From IMG/VR virus record IMGVR_UViG_3300043442_000283, positions 1 to 37,319 of that record: a DNA stretch of 37,319 nt. One strand, 5' to 3'. Shown piece by piece: positions 25,941 to 34,518 of this stretch (position 1 is the stretch's first letter; each line of letters begins with the position of its first letter). Below the pieces are notes generated by a model. It made no database searches. It was not told the origin of the DNA and worked only from the letters and a program-made list of their open reading frames with translations. The stretch comes from a virus. Its lineage: Duplodnaviria; Caudoviricetes. The position numbers were made by a program, and so were the translations under genes.

Positions 25941-26432
25941 ATGGGACTCATCGGATCGCTCGACAGAACGCCAGACACCGCCACCGTCTGGGACTCCTCG
26001 GAGTCAGTCGGCAACGCCACAACGGGTGCTAGCTCGGTCTTTGATCTTGGCCCCAGCACTGCTGTGGACCTGAATCAGAACCCGCACGGCGAGCTGATGC
26101 AGGCGCGCTTCACCTTCACGACTTGCAGCGTCGCAGTTGGCGACTTCGTGATGGTTCACGTGCAAGGCTGCAACAAGGCAGACTTCTCGACTGACGTCTA
26201 CAACCTCGGCACGTTGGCTGTAGGAGCTGCGGCTGTCACGAACACGACGATTGGCGTCCTGCAGACGCAGGATCGCGGCCGAGGCACCTACGTCCTCCCG
26301 TTCTACAACATCGGCATCCTTGGCGACGACACTGCGCAGAAGCAGCAGTCGTGTCGCTACGTGCGCATCCAAACCAAGACCACTGGCGCAAGCAGCGCGT
26401 GCGTGTTCTCGGTGCGCATCGAGAAGCTCTAG
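25941..26432 (+). CDS. Capsid cement/decoration paralog C
   Basis: AAGGAG RBS. VG.ATTG, CS.A.GD, VQG, GAAA, RG.G.Y and YVRIQ are shared with A. Confidence 0.7.
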   Translation: MGLIGSLDRTPDTATVWDSSESVGNATTGASSVFDLGPSTAVDLNQNPHGELMQARFTFTTCSVAVGDFVMVHVQGCNKADFSTDVYNLGTLAVGAAAVTNTTIGVLQTQDRGRGTYVLPFYNIGILGDDTAQKQQSCRYVRIQTKTTGASSACVFSVRIEKL

Positions 26433-26490
26433 CCGCACGACTGCGCGGGGCAAGCAGTCACGGAGAGCATGAGCGTGTGACATGGATGTG

Positions 26491-26525
26491 GCCCAACGGG
26501 TTGCGAGGCCCGTTGGGCATTTACT
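26491..26525 (+). terminator. GNRA-capped hairpin after the capsid genes
   Basis: GCCCAACGGGTT-GCGA-GGCCCGTTGGGC followed by ATTTACT. Confidence 0.6.
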
Positions 26526-26539
26526 GATGAGGTGATGCA

Positions 26540-28639
26540 GTGGCTGTTCGGAAGTTCTTCCTCAACATCGGACAGAGCAACGCAGGCCCGTCAGCCGACG
26601 CAGCTACGTGGTGGGTGCTTCACCCCAACGTGGACATGCGTTCGGTGCATCCAACGATCAACTCGCCCAACTACGCTCAGGGCAGCTACTCCGACACCTA
26701 CGACTTCCCGTTGGGTCTGTTCCCGAACTACCCATCGGTCAACGTCAAGGGCGTCGGCATCAGCGCGTTGCGCTACCTGACGTTCTACAACCCGATGCCA
26801 ACGGGTGCGTCCGACTACCCGAACACGATGCGGGTCACTGCGGTCGCTAGCACGAACGGCCTGACGTCGCAGCAGTATTGGGTCAGCTCGATGGTCGGCA
26901 AGACGATCACGCGCAAGCGCACGGGAGTGACTTACACCATCGCCACGCACACAGCTCCTGGCAGCGTGATGACGGTCAGCACGAACTTTGACCCGCCGCT
27001 TGAGGTGGGCGAGACGTTTGCGCACACGCTGCACGCAACGGTTGGCGGAAGCGACACAACCTTCACGCACACACTCCTGCTTGGACAGGATTGGCAAAGC
27101 AACGGCACATTCCAATCGAGCCTTGAGGGGTGCCGCATCAAGTGCGTGGCGTTGGGCGTTGGCGGGCACGCGCAGAACCTCAACGAGATCAGGCAAGTCG
27201 CCAGCGTCAGCGGCACCTTCAACAACGTGCTGACGGTCACCGCTGCATTCCCGCAACACGTAACGGCAGGCGATCAGTTCGAGATCCTTCCGCCGAGCGG
27301 CGTCACCTCGTTTGATCGTTGGGCCTACTTCCTGCCGTGGTGCCCGTTCGAGGGCAACGTCAACGCGAACACGCCGCCCAAGCGCAACCCATACCCTCCT
27401 GGGTTCAACTACCCTGCGCATCACGACACGCAGCCGGTCTACAACCCGTTCGCGGGCACGACGCGATTGTGGAACGGGACGTTTGAACGCATCGCCTACC
27501 ACGTAGGCCTGGGCCTGCGCCTGCACGAACACTTCGGTGAGACGATGCACGTGATCTCGCTCGCTCCAGGCGGCACAAGCCTTGGGCATCGTGAGCTGCG
27601 AGACAACGCCTACGGGCACGGGTGGTTCGACTCGTCGCAGCACAGCTACTGGGCACCTGGAGAGGGGAACGCGTGCTTCCAACGCCTGCTTGACACGTTG
27701 GACGCAGGCATCGCCGCAGCCGCGCTGAACGGTGACACACTGCAGTGCGTCGGCGTGTTCTTCGTGCAAGGTGAGGCGGACGCAAGCGACTTGCTGTGGA
27801 GCCAGAACTACCGACCCAACCTGCAACGCCTGAAGACGGCGGTCCGCGATGCGCTTGTTGCTCGCAACATGTGGGCAGGAGCAGCTGCGTCGATCCCGTG
27901 GGTGCAGCCCAAGATCAAAGCGAGCTGGACGTATGCAGCAGCGGTCAACGCAGCCATCGAAGCCGAGGCGGACGCTGATCGCTACATGCGCACGTTGGAA
28001 GTCGAAGACTTCCTGATGGTCGACGCGGCGCACTACAGCGGCATCGGCGCAACGCAGCTGGAGTCGGCAGCATTCACGGCTTGGCTCGCTGCAAGCCAAG
28101 GCATCGTGCAAGACGCGTCCCCGCTCGTAGTTGAGGATGGCGTTGGAGCATCGAGCGGTACCGAGGTCAGCTACGCCACGCCCGACTTCGCTGGTGTCTA
28201 CTTCCAGAACCAAGGCGGCAACGCCGCATGGACTGCGGCGACTGAACAGCAACGCAACGTGGCGTTGATGCAAGCGACCATCTGGATCGACTCGACCTAC
28301 GGCATGCAGTTCGTCGGCTACAAGTCGGTGAACACGCAGCCGCTTGAGTGGCCTCGTGCGTTTGCCTACGACCGCGAGGGCTACGAGATCACGGGCATAC
28401 CGCTCGCCTTGAAGCGTGCGACTGCAGAGGTTGCTCGACGCTGGTTGGAGGACCCAACGCAGCTCTCGCCTGACGTCGCAGTCGGCAGCAACGTCACACA
28501 AGACACGGTGAGCGTTGGACCGATCACGGTGAGCAAGTCCTACGCAGGCACTAAGGATCCCGAGAAGAAGTTCCCAGTCGTTGCGCGCCTATTCAAGGTT
28601 GCGGGCCTGATCGACTCGTCCATGTGGGTGCGTCGATGA
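26540..28639 (+). CDS. SGNH (SASA/NanS-like) O-acetylesterase fused to a DnaT-like head-tail adaptor
   Basis: GQSN (26570), GGTSL, QGE (27767), DAAH (28022). From 28124: LVVEDG...SYA...ALMQAT.WID...F.G....TQPLEWPR...IP.ALKRATAEVA...VGPITVS. Occupies the adaptor position. Confidence 0.8.
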   Translation: MAVRKFFLNIGQSNAGPSADAATWWVLHPNVDMRSVHPTINSPNYAQGSYSDTYDFPLGLFPNYPSVNVKGVGISALRYLTFYNPMPTGASDYPNTMRVTAVASTNGLTSQQYWVSSMVGKTITRKRTGVTYTIATHTAPGSVMTVSTNFDPPLEVGETFAHTLHATVGGSDTTFTHTLLLGQDWQSNGTFQSSLEGCRIKCVALGVGGHAQNLNEIRQVASVSGTFNNVLTVTAAFPQHVTAGDQFEILPPSGVTSFDRWAYFLPWCPFEGNVNANTPPKRNPYPPGFNYPAHHDTQPVYNPFAGTTRLWNGTFERIAYHVGLGLRLHEHFGETMHVISLAPGGTSLGHRELRDNAYGHGWFDSSQHSYWAPGEGNACFQRLLDTLDAGIAAAALNGDTLQCVGVFFVQGEADASDLLWSQNYRPNLQRLKTAVRDALVARNMWAGAAASIPWVQPKIKASWTYAAAVNAAIEAEADADRYMRTLEVEDFLMVDAAHYSGIGATQLESAAFTAWLAASQGIVQDASPLVVEDGVGASSGTEVSYATPDFAGVYFQNQGGNAAWTAATEQQRNVALMQATIWIDSTYGMQFVGYKSVNTQPLEWPRAFAYDREGYEITGIPLALKRATAEVARRWLEDPTQLSPDVAVGSNVTQDTVSVGPITVSKSYAGTKDPEKKFPVVARLFKVAGLIDSSMWVRR

Positions 28640-29001
28640 TCGACGCCGCAAGCGTGTTGCTGGAAGTCGTTGATGCTGTTGCGCAGGTCGGCGCACCTGT
28701 GGTGCTGACGAGCTACGTGGACACGTTCAACGCGGCGACAGGCAAGACCACGCGCACTGCAACGCAGCAGACGGTGATGGCGTCGCCGCTTTACGCGTCG
28801 AGCAAGACGCTTGCGCAGGACACGCGTGAGCCTGCAAGCGCGCAGCTCCTCATGCCTGCGTCGGGCCTAACAACGCCTCCGCGCAACGGCAGCAAGATCG
28901 CTGTCGCCTCGCGTGTGTTCACTGTGCAACAGGTCACAACGCACACGGTGGGCGCAACGATTCTCGCCTACGAGCTGAGCCTGTCGGAGGGCGCGCCGTG
29001 A
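28636..29001 (+). CDS. Head closure / stopper protein
   Basis: ATGA overlap, about 120 aa, beta-rich, neck position. Confidence 0.65.
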   Translation: MIDAASVLLEVVDAVAQVGAPVVLTSYVDTFNAATGKTTRTATQQTVMASPLYASSKTLAQDTREPASAQLLMPASGLTTPPRNGSKIAVASRVFTVQQVTTHTVGATILAYELSLSEGAP

Positions 29002-29528
29002 GCAACAAGCAGAACGCTGCCAACTTCATCGCAAGCCTTGAGCGATTCACGGGCACGGACGTCCCTGCCGCCGTTGTGAAGTTCCACCGCAAGGTGCAGC
29101 TGGAGCTGCTGCGGCGCATCGTCCTTGGGTCGCCTGTTGGCAATCGCACGCGCTGGAAGATCAACCAAGGGCGCAGCCGCAGGAAGCTCCTGCCCAAGGG
29201 GTATGTCGGCGGGCAGTTCCGTGGCGCGTGGCAACTGACGCTTGGCACGCCTAGCACGCTCGACATCCGCAGACCGAAGAACGGTCCGCCCCCGCGTCCC
29301 ATTGGAGCCGCAGACGGCAAGGCCATCCTGGGTGGCCTGCAGCCGTTCACCGTGTCCTACTTGGTGAATAACCTCCCCTACGCAGCCGTCTTGAACGAGG
29401 GCAGGCCCAAGGGCACGCCGTGGACGAAGATCAAGGAGATCGGGTGGGTCGAGACCATCGTTGCGTCTGTTGCGCAGTGGGCACAGCGCGAGCAGCTCAC
29501 CAAGTCGGAGGACGCAAGTGGTCAGTAG
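28998..29528 (+). CDS. HK97 gp10-like neck / tail completion protein
   Basis: SPVG...GY.GGQFRGAWQ...YLVNNLPYA.VLNEG. Confidence 0.78.
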   Translation: MSNKQNAANFIASLERFTGTDVPAAVVKFHRKVQLELLRRIVLGSPVGNRTRWKINQGRSRRKLLPKGYVGGQFRGAWQLTLGTPSTLDIRRPKNGPPPRPIGAADGKAILGGLQPFTVSYLVNNLPYAAVLNEGRPKGTPWTKIKEIGWVETIVASVAQWAQREQLTKSEDASGQ

Positions 29529-29946
29529 CTTGACGCAAGCGGTCGCTAGCGTGCGGCAACGCTTCCACACGCTGATCACTGTCGGAGAAGCTCTGCCGAC
29601 GATGCACGACAACGCCTTGAACGTTGCGTTGCCTGCAACGGGTCGCTATTGCCGCTTCCTTGTGCAGCTCGGAGACCAGCAGCAGCAGACCGTCAGTGCC
29701 AACGGCGGCGGGCATTGGCGCACAGTCGGCACTGCGGTCGCAGCGATCTACGAACCAGCAGGCGATGGCGACGGCTGGCAGCTTGAGCTGGCAGATGCGG
29801 TCGTTGATGCGTTCCGTGGGCAGACCATCGTCGGCCCGCCTGTCGTGCGCTTTGATGCGCCAAGCGTTACCAACGAGCCTGTGCTAGAGGACGGCATGTG
29901 GCTCGTCATCGTGTCCATCCCGTTCATCGTTGAGGAGTACGTCTAG
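29518..29946 (+). CDS. Tail terminator protein
   Basis: GGAGG RBS and GTG 29518. IYEPAGDG....LADAV...F, W...VSIPF. Lies before the tail tube gene. Confidence 0.72.
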   Translation: MVSSLTQAVASVRQRFHTLITVGEALPTMHDNALNVALPATGRYCRFLVQLGDQQQQTVSANGGGHWRTVGTAVAAIYEPAGDGDGWQLELADAVVDAFRGQTIVGPPVVRFDAPSVTNEPVLEDGMWLVIVSIPFIVEEYV

Positions 29947-29948
29947 TC

Positions 29949-31178
29949 ATGGCAGCGATCAGCTCTAGTCGGTTCGGCAGCTACTTGTGGACGGGCACGC
30001 CGTCGACCACGTTGCCTGCCACGCTTTCGTTCAAGAATCACAACGTCGCCAAGCCGGGAGTGAGCGGCGGGCCGAACAACACGACGGTGGAGTCGCAGGT
30101 CATTCGGCAGTCGCGCAACCCTCCTGGCATCAAGCTCGTAGGTCCAGGTAGCGCGTTGACGATCCCGTTCGAGATGCAGGTGCCCGTGATCGCTGGCAAC
30201 CCAGGCTGGTGGGATCTGCTGAAGGCCAGCATCTACGCAGACACGGTGACTGCTAGCTGGACGAGCGCGGTGAACACGACATGGACAAGCACGAACCTTG
30301 CCATCACTGGAGCCGATCAAGCTGGCGTGTTCAGTAACGTGGAGATCGGCGATGTGTTGCAGGTCTACAGCAACGCAGCCGCCACGGTGGTCTACTACGC
30401 TCGCGTCCTTAGTCGAGCCAACTCAGGCTCGACCACGACGTCGCTTGGCCTCGATCGCTCTGTGCCGACTGGCTTGTCTGCTGCAACAGACCTTCGCTTC
30501 AAGCGCGGCACGCGCATCAAGAACGGCAGCACGCAGGACCACTTCGTGATGCTGCGCAGCTACTACGCTCCAGGCACAAGCACCTACAACAGGTTCGACC
30601 TCTACACAGACGAGACGATCGACAGCGCGAACGTGACGCTCTCCAACAAGGGCATCATCACGGGGCAGTTCCAGACGGTCGGCATCGGTTGCGATGGTGT
30701 CTACGACGATACGACGTTTGCAACGCGCACGGTCGGCAGCACGGTGACGCACGCCAACGCGCCGTCTGGGCAGGTCCTCGATGCGACCAACGACGTTCCG
30801 TGGATTCGCGTTGCGGGTGCGAGCTACGGCGTGCAGTCGATCACGTTCAGCTGGAACAACAACGGGCAAGCGCGCTCGCAGGTGGGCCAGTATGTGGCGA
30901 GCGGCATCAGCGCGGGCGACTTCCGAGGCAACGGCCAGTTCACCGCCTACTTCGACGACATTGCCGAGTTCAACAAGGCCCTCGCTGGCACCGCGTCCAG
31001 CATGTATGTGGTCATGGAGAACGACTCGCAGCAGGCGATCATCGTTTCCTTCCCGCGCATCCGCTACGGCAACCCAACGCTGGTCGGGCAAGACCGCGAT
31101 GTGATCGCCACGCTCCCGTTCTCGTTCGAGCAGGATGACACGGAGAACCTCGGCGTGCGCATCCAGGTGGTGAACTGA
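29949..31178 (+). CDS. Major tail tube protein with inserted beta domain
   Basis: ES..IR.SRN, SITFSWNN, G.FTAYFDD, IVSFPRIRY, IATLPF. Followed by chaperone and TMP. Confidence 0.82.
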   Translation: MAAISSSRFGSYLWTGTPSTTLPATLSFKNHNVAKPGVSGGPNNTTVESQVIRQSRNPPGIKLVGPGSALTIPFEMQVPVIAGNPGWWDLLKASIYADTVTASWTSAVNTTWTSTNLAITGADQAGVFSNVEIGDVLQVYSNAAATVVYYARVLSRANSGSTTTSLGLDRSVPTGLSAATDLRFKRGTRIKNGSTQDHFVMLRSYYAPGTSTYNRFDLYTDETIDSANVTLSNKGIITGQFQTVGIGCDGVYDDTTFATRTVGSTVTHANAPSGQVLDATNDVPWIRVAGASYGVQSITFSWNNNGQARSQVGQYVASGISAGDFRGNGQFTAYFDDIAEFNKALAGTASSMYVVMENDSQQAIIVSFPRIRYGNPTLVGQDRDVIATLPFSFEQDDTENLGVRIQVVN

Positions 31179-31606
31179 TGAAGCTGCAGGACATCAAGCG
31201 CAGCCAACACAGCACGCAGGGCCTGTGGTGGGACTTTGAGCGCGGCCAACGCTGCGACGCGCCAACGGACAAGCTGTGCGTCAAGATCGCTGAGCGCGAC
31301 AACCCGATGCACCGCGCCTGCCTTGCGCGCCTGCAGCTCGACGCCGCTGACAAGCTGCGCCAAGGCGGTGAAGCGGCAACGCTCGCATGGAACAAGATCC
31401 AGGTGCGCGCCATGGCGGAGGCGATCTTGGTCGATTGGGCCAACGTCGATGCCGAGGACGGGTCGCCAATCCCCTACAGCGTTGCAGAGGCCGAGCGCGT
31501 CTTGGCTGACCCTGCGCTGTGGCCGTTCCGCAACTTCATCGAGGACGCTGCAGGCCTTGCTCGCGGCTATCGCTTGCAACAGGAGGCAGACGCCAAGGGA
31601 AACTGA
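31178..31606 (+). CDS. Tail assembly chaperone (G)
   Basis: AEAILVDWANV...G.PIPYS. Ends KGN at a slippery site. Confidence 0.85.
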   Translation: MKLQDIKRSQHSTQGLWWDFERGQRCDAPTDKLCVKIAERDNPMHRACLARLQLDAADKLRQGGEAATLAWNKIQVRAMAEAILVDWANVDAEDGSPIPYSVAEAERVLADPALWPFRNFIEDAAGLARGYRLQQEADAKGN

Positions 31607-31950
31607 CAGACCTCCTGCGGCTCGCCCTGATCCCGCAGGAGGACCGTGACTACTTCGCAGCGTTGGCGAAGTGGCGCAAGAAGAACGGGCTACCTCCACC
31701 AAAGCATGCGGCGTTGCAACATGTCGATCTCGACCCGAAGCACCTCGACCTCTGGGATGCGTTCCTGGAACTCAAGGGCAGCGCGGCGAGCGGTCTCGGC
31801 AGCAGCACTATCACGGCGTCCGATGTCCACGCGTGGTGCGTGATGAACGCGATACCACAAGAACGCTGGGGCATGTTCTGGCGCGTGTGCCATCACCTAG
31901 ACGGCGTTGCTCGCAAAGCGATGCACGAACGAGAGAAGAGCCATGACTGA
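31178..31950 (+). CDS. Tail assembly chaperone GT (about 257 aa, via -1 frameshift)
   Basis: The -1 frame (track ORF 31519..31950) continues LTDLLRL...LWDAFLEL...IT.SDVHAWC...LD. Confidence 0.82.
31597..31642 (+). other. Programmed -1 frameshift signal
   Basis: G GGA AAC (31597-31603), a 7-nt spacer, then a perfect 10-bp stem CCTCCTGCGG/CCGCAGGAGG (31611-31642). Confidence 0.88.
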
Positions 31951-33559
31951 ACTGATCCTCGCAGTGAACAGCACGCAGGCCGTGCAAGGCGTCAACGCGA
32001 TCAGCCGCGAGGTTCAGGACTTTGCCAAGAAGGCAGACGAGGCAGCGTCCCGCGTTGACGGTCTGGAGACGCAAGTCGGGGATCTAAGCAAGCAGCTAGA
32101 CAGCAGCCGTCGTGCCACGGGTTCGTTGGCCGATGAGAACAGGCGACTAAAGGACACTCTTGTTGGGACGCAGGCACAGATGGATGCCGCCGCTCAAAAG
32201 ACGCGGCAGTTCCAACAAGCAGCAGGTGCCTTGACCGAGCTGCAAAGCATCGGCGCACGCGCAAAGATCCTCGGAGACGAGATCGGCAACCTGGGCACGA
32301 GCTTTGGAAGCTCTGCACGCGTCGGGCAAGCGTTTGCAGGTGTCCTGTTGGACGTTGCGCAAGTTGGCGACAAAGCCAAAGGAGGCTTGTCGGCGTTCAC
32401 GGCGTTGCTGAGATCGAACCCGTTGCTTGCAGCCGCTGGCGTGATCTCGGCAATCGCCACTGCCATGGCCTTGTTCGGCAAGGAAACGAAACAAGCCAAC
32501 GTTGATCTAGAGCGGCAGATCAAGCTGCAGGAGGAGCTGCGGCGCAGCGGCGTGGACTTGGCTTTGCAGATCCAGCGAACATCTGACTTGCAGAGAGTTG
32601 GGTTCAACGTCGATGCGAAACAGCTAGAAGTTGATCGTGCCAAGCAGTTGACGCAGGCCGCGTCTTCCCTTGCTGGACAACCAGGAACGCAGTCGATCTC
32701 CGATCTGCAAACGCTGACTGGGCTGTCCTACCAGCAGCTGCGCGACCTTGCGCAGCAACGACAAGGCTTGGTCAACATCCAGCAGGAATCCATCGCTCCA
32801 ACTTTCGGACCTATTGCGGGCGTCCCAGCTGGCGTCTCGCTGGATGTCAACGCTCCAACAACTGAAGCGATCACGAACGAAGCAGCGCGTGTGATTCTGC
32901 TTCAGCTAGCAACAGCCTTGCGCATTCAAGCGGAGCGCACTGACTTTCAAGCGCAGGTGCCCAAAGTTACGCCTGCGGCAGCCGCACCAGGTATTAGCGG
33001 AGAAGTCTACGGACCTGCGTTGCCGCCACCTGCTGGCAGACGATTCACGCAAGAAGAGGTGGATCGCATCATGGCATCGCGTGTGCGGCCAGACGAAGCG
33101 TTCCAAACCGTGCGACCACGCGTTGCGTACGAGGAACCAATCGGACCAAGCCCTGGCCCTGGGTTTGAGATGCCGATGACTCCCGAGCAGCTTGCTGCCT
33201 ACCAGAAGCAGTTTGCACCTCCGACTGTGCTGCTTGATCCCGAGAAGATGAAGCAGGACGCCGAGGAGCTTGAACGGTTCAACGAGAAGCTGCGTGAGAT
33301 GAAGTCGCTGGGGCAGGACGTTGGCGCAGCTTTGGGCAGTGCGTTCTTCTCAATCGTCAACGGCGCAGCAAACGCACGGCAGGCTCTTGCTGCGTTGCTG
33401 CAGCAGTTCGTTGCCATCGCGCAACAGCGAGCGATCCAAGGCATCGCCAACTCGATCGGCAACGCTTTCGGCTCTACTGTTCAGCAAACCAACGCCAACG
33501 CGCAGACGCCTGGGACAGCCAACACTGGCATCAGCCTGCGCGGAGGCTCGACTCCCTGA
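31943..33559 (+). CDS. Tape measure protein (538 aa)
   Basis: Lies after G/GT. Ala/Gln-rich coiled coil with an NPL..AAGVISAIATAMALF TM-like segment. Confidence 0.85.
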   Translation: MTELILAVNSTQAVQGVNAISREVQDFAKKADEAASRVDGLETQVGDLSKQLDSSRRATGSLADENRRLKDTLVGTQAQMDAAAQKTRQFQQAAGALTELQSIGARAKILGDEIGNLGTSFGSSARVGQAFAGVLLDVAQVGDKAKGGLSAFTALLRSNPLLAAAGVISAIATAMALFGKETKQANVDLERQIKLQEELRRSGVDLALQIQRTSDLQRVGFNVDAKQLEVDRAKQLTQAASSLAGQPGTQSISDLQTLTGLSYQQLRDLAQQRQGLVNIQQESIAPTFGPIAGVPAGVSLDVNAPTTEAITNEAARVILLQLATALRIQAERTDFQAQVPKVTPAAAAPGISGEVYGPALPPPAGRRFTQEEVDRIMASRVRPDEAFQTVRPRVAYEEPIGPSPGPGFEMPMTPEQLAAYQKQFAPPTVLLDPEKMKQDAEELERFNEKLREMKSLGQDVGAALGSAFFSIVNGAANARQALAALLQQFVAIAQQRAIQGIANSIGNAFGSTVQQTNANAQTPGTANTGISLRGGSTP

Positions 33560-33561
33560 CT

Positions 33562-34518
33562 ATGGCCTTCCACAACGTTCAGCTTCCGCCCGCGATCAGC
33601 TACGGCGCAACAGGTGGTCCTGCATACGGCACGACGGTGCAAACGACGTCGAGCGGGCACGAGTACCGCGTCGCTCGCCAAGCGCGTCCGCGTCGCACAT
33701 ATCAGTTCGACAAGCTCCTCATGCAGCCTGCAGAGTGGGGCGCGTTGATCGACTTCTGGATCGCTCGACGCGGACATTTGCATGGGTTTCGCTTCAAGGA
33801 CTGGAGCGACTTCACGACCGCAGCAGACGGCGTGAGCGCGCCTAGCAACCTCGACGTCATCCTTGGGACTGGTGATGGCATCGAGACGCAGTTCCAGCTC
33901 CTCAAGTCTTACGACGTTGGAGGACTGAACCCGTTCAACGAACCGATCAGCCTGCCTGTAGCAGGAACGCTGCAGGTCGCGGTCGCGGGCACGCCGACCT
34001 CTAGCTACACGCTTACGAATCCAGGCGGGTTGATCACGTTTGCTGCTGCGCCAACTGCTGGGCAGGTCATCACCGCAGGCTTCGAGTTCGATCGCAGCGT
34101 TCGCTTCAACCAAGCGGACGAGACGCTCAACATGCGCATCGAGCGCGGCTACGTCGCCAACTGGGCGGGCATCACCTGCCTGGAGCAGCTCGACGAAGAG
34201 CAGTCGCCAGAACTTTGGTATCCAGGCGGCAGCAGCGGCACGATCCAAACCGCGCAAGACGTTGTGCTGACGTTTGACACCGAGCTGTGGACGATCCAGA
34301 ACACAGGCGCAACAACGCGCAACGTGTTCTTGCCTGCTCCCGATCGTGTGGTAGGTGGACCTCGCTTGTTCGTGGTCATCAATCTGCTTGCAAGCGCAGG
34401 CAACTTGCAGCTGCGCGATGACACAGGCGTGCCTGTCGGGACTGCGTTCCTGCCTGGAGAAACCAAGCGCGTCGCCCTGAGCTGGACAGGCGCAACTGCA
34501 ACGTGGTTGACCTACTGA
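33562..34518 (+). CDS. Distal tail protein (DUF2460-like, RcGTA g12-like) with about 110-aa C-terminal extension
   Basis: FH.VQLP..ISYGA.GGP...T.V...SGHE.R, F.ARRG..HGFRFKDWSD, GTGDG..TQFQL, ITAGFEFD..VRF. Confidence 0.9.
   Translation: MAFHNVQLPPAISYGATGGPAYGTTVQTTSSGHEYRVARQARPRRTYQFDKLLMQPAEWGALIDFWIARRGHLHGFRFKDWSDFTTAADGVSAPSNLDVILGTGDGIETQFQLLKSYDVGGLNPFNEPISLPVAGTLQVAVAGTPTSSYTLTNPGGLITFAAAPTAGQVITAGFEFDRSVRFNQADETLNMRIERGYVANWAGITCLEQLDEEQSPELWYPGGSSGTIQTAQDVVLTFDTELWTIQNTGATTRNVFLPAPDRVVGGPRLFVVINLLASAGNLQLRDDTGVPVGTAFLPGETKRVALSWTGATATWLTY

Noticed and set aside
26524-26556. CTGATGAG hammerhead-like string
   Set aside because: No CGAAA or stem II. It overlaps the RBS of the next gene.
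24165-28501. Long minus-strand ORFs of 586 aa and 636 aa
   Set aside because: They mirror well-supported plus-strand capsid and neck genes, with no recognisable domain.
28124-28639. Primosomal DnaT
   Set aside because: The family label is DnaT-like, but its position between capsid and closure genes indicates a head-tail adaptor.
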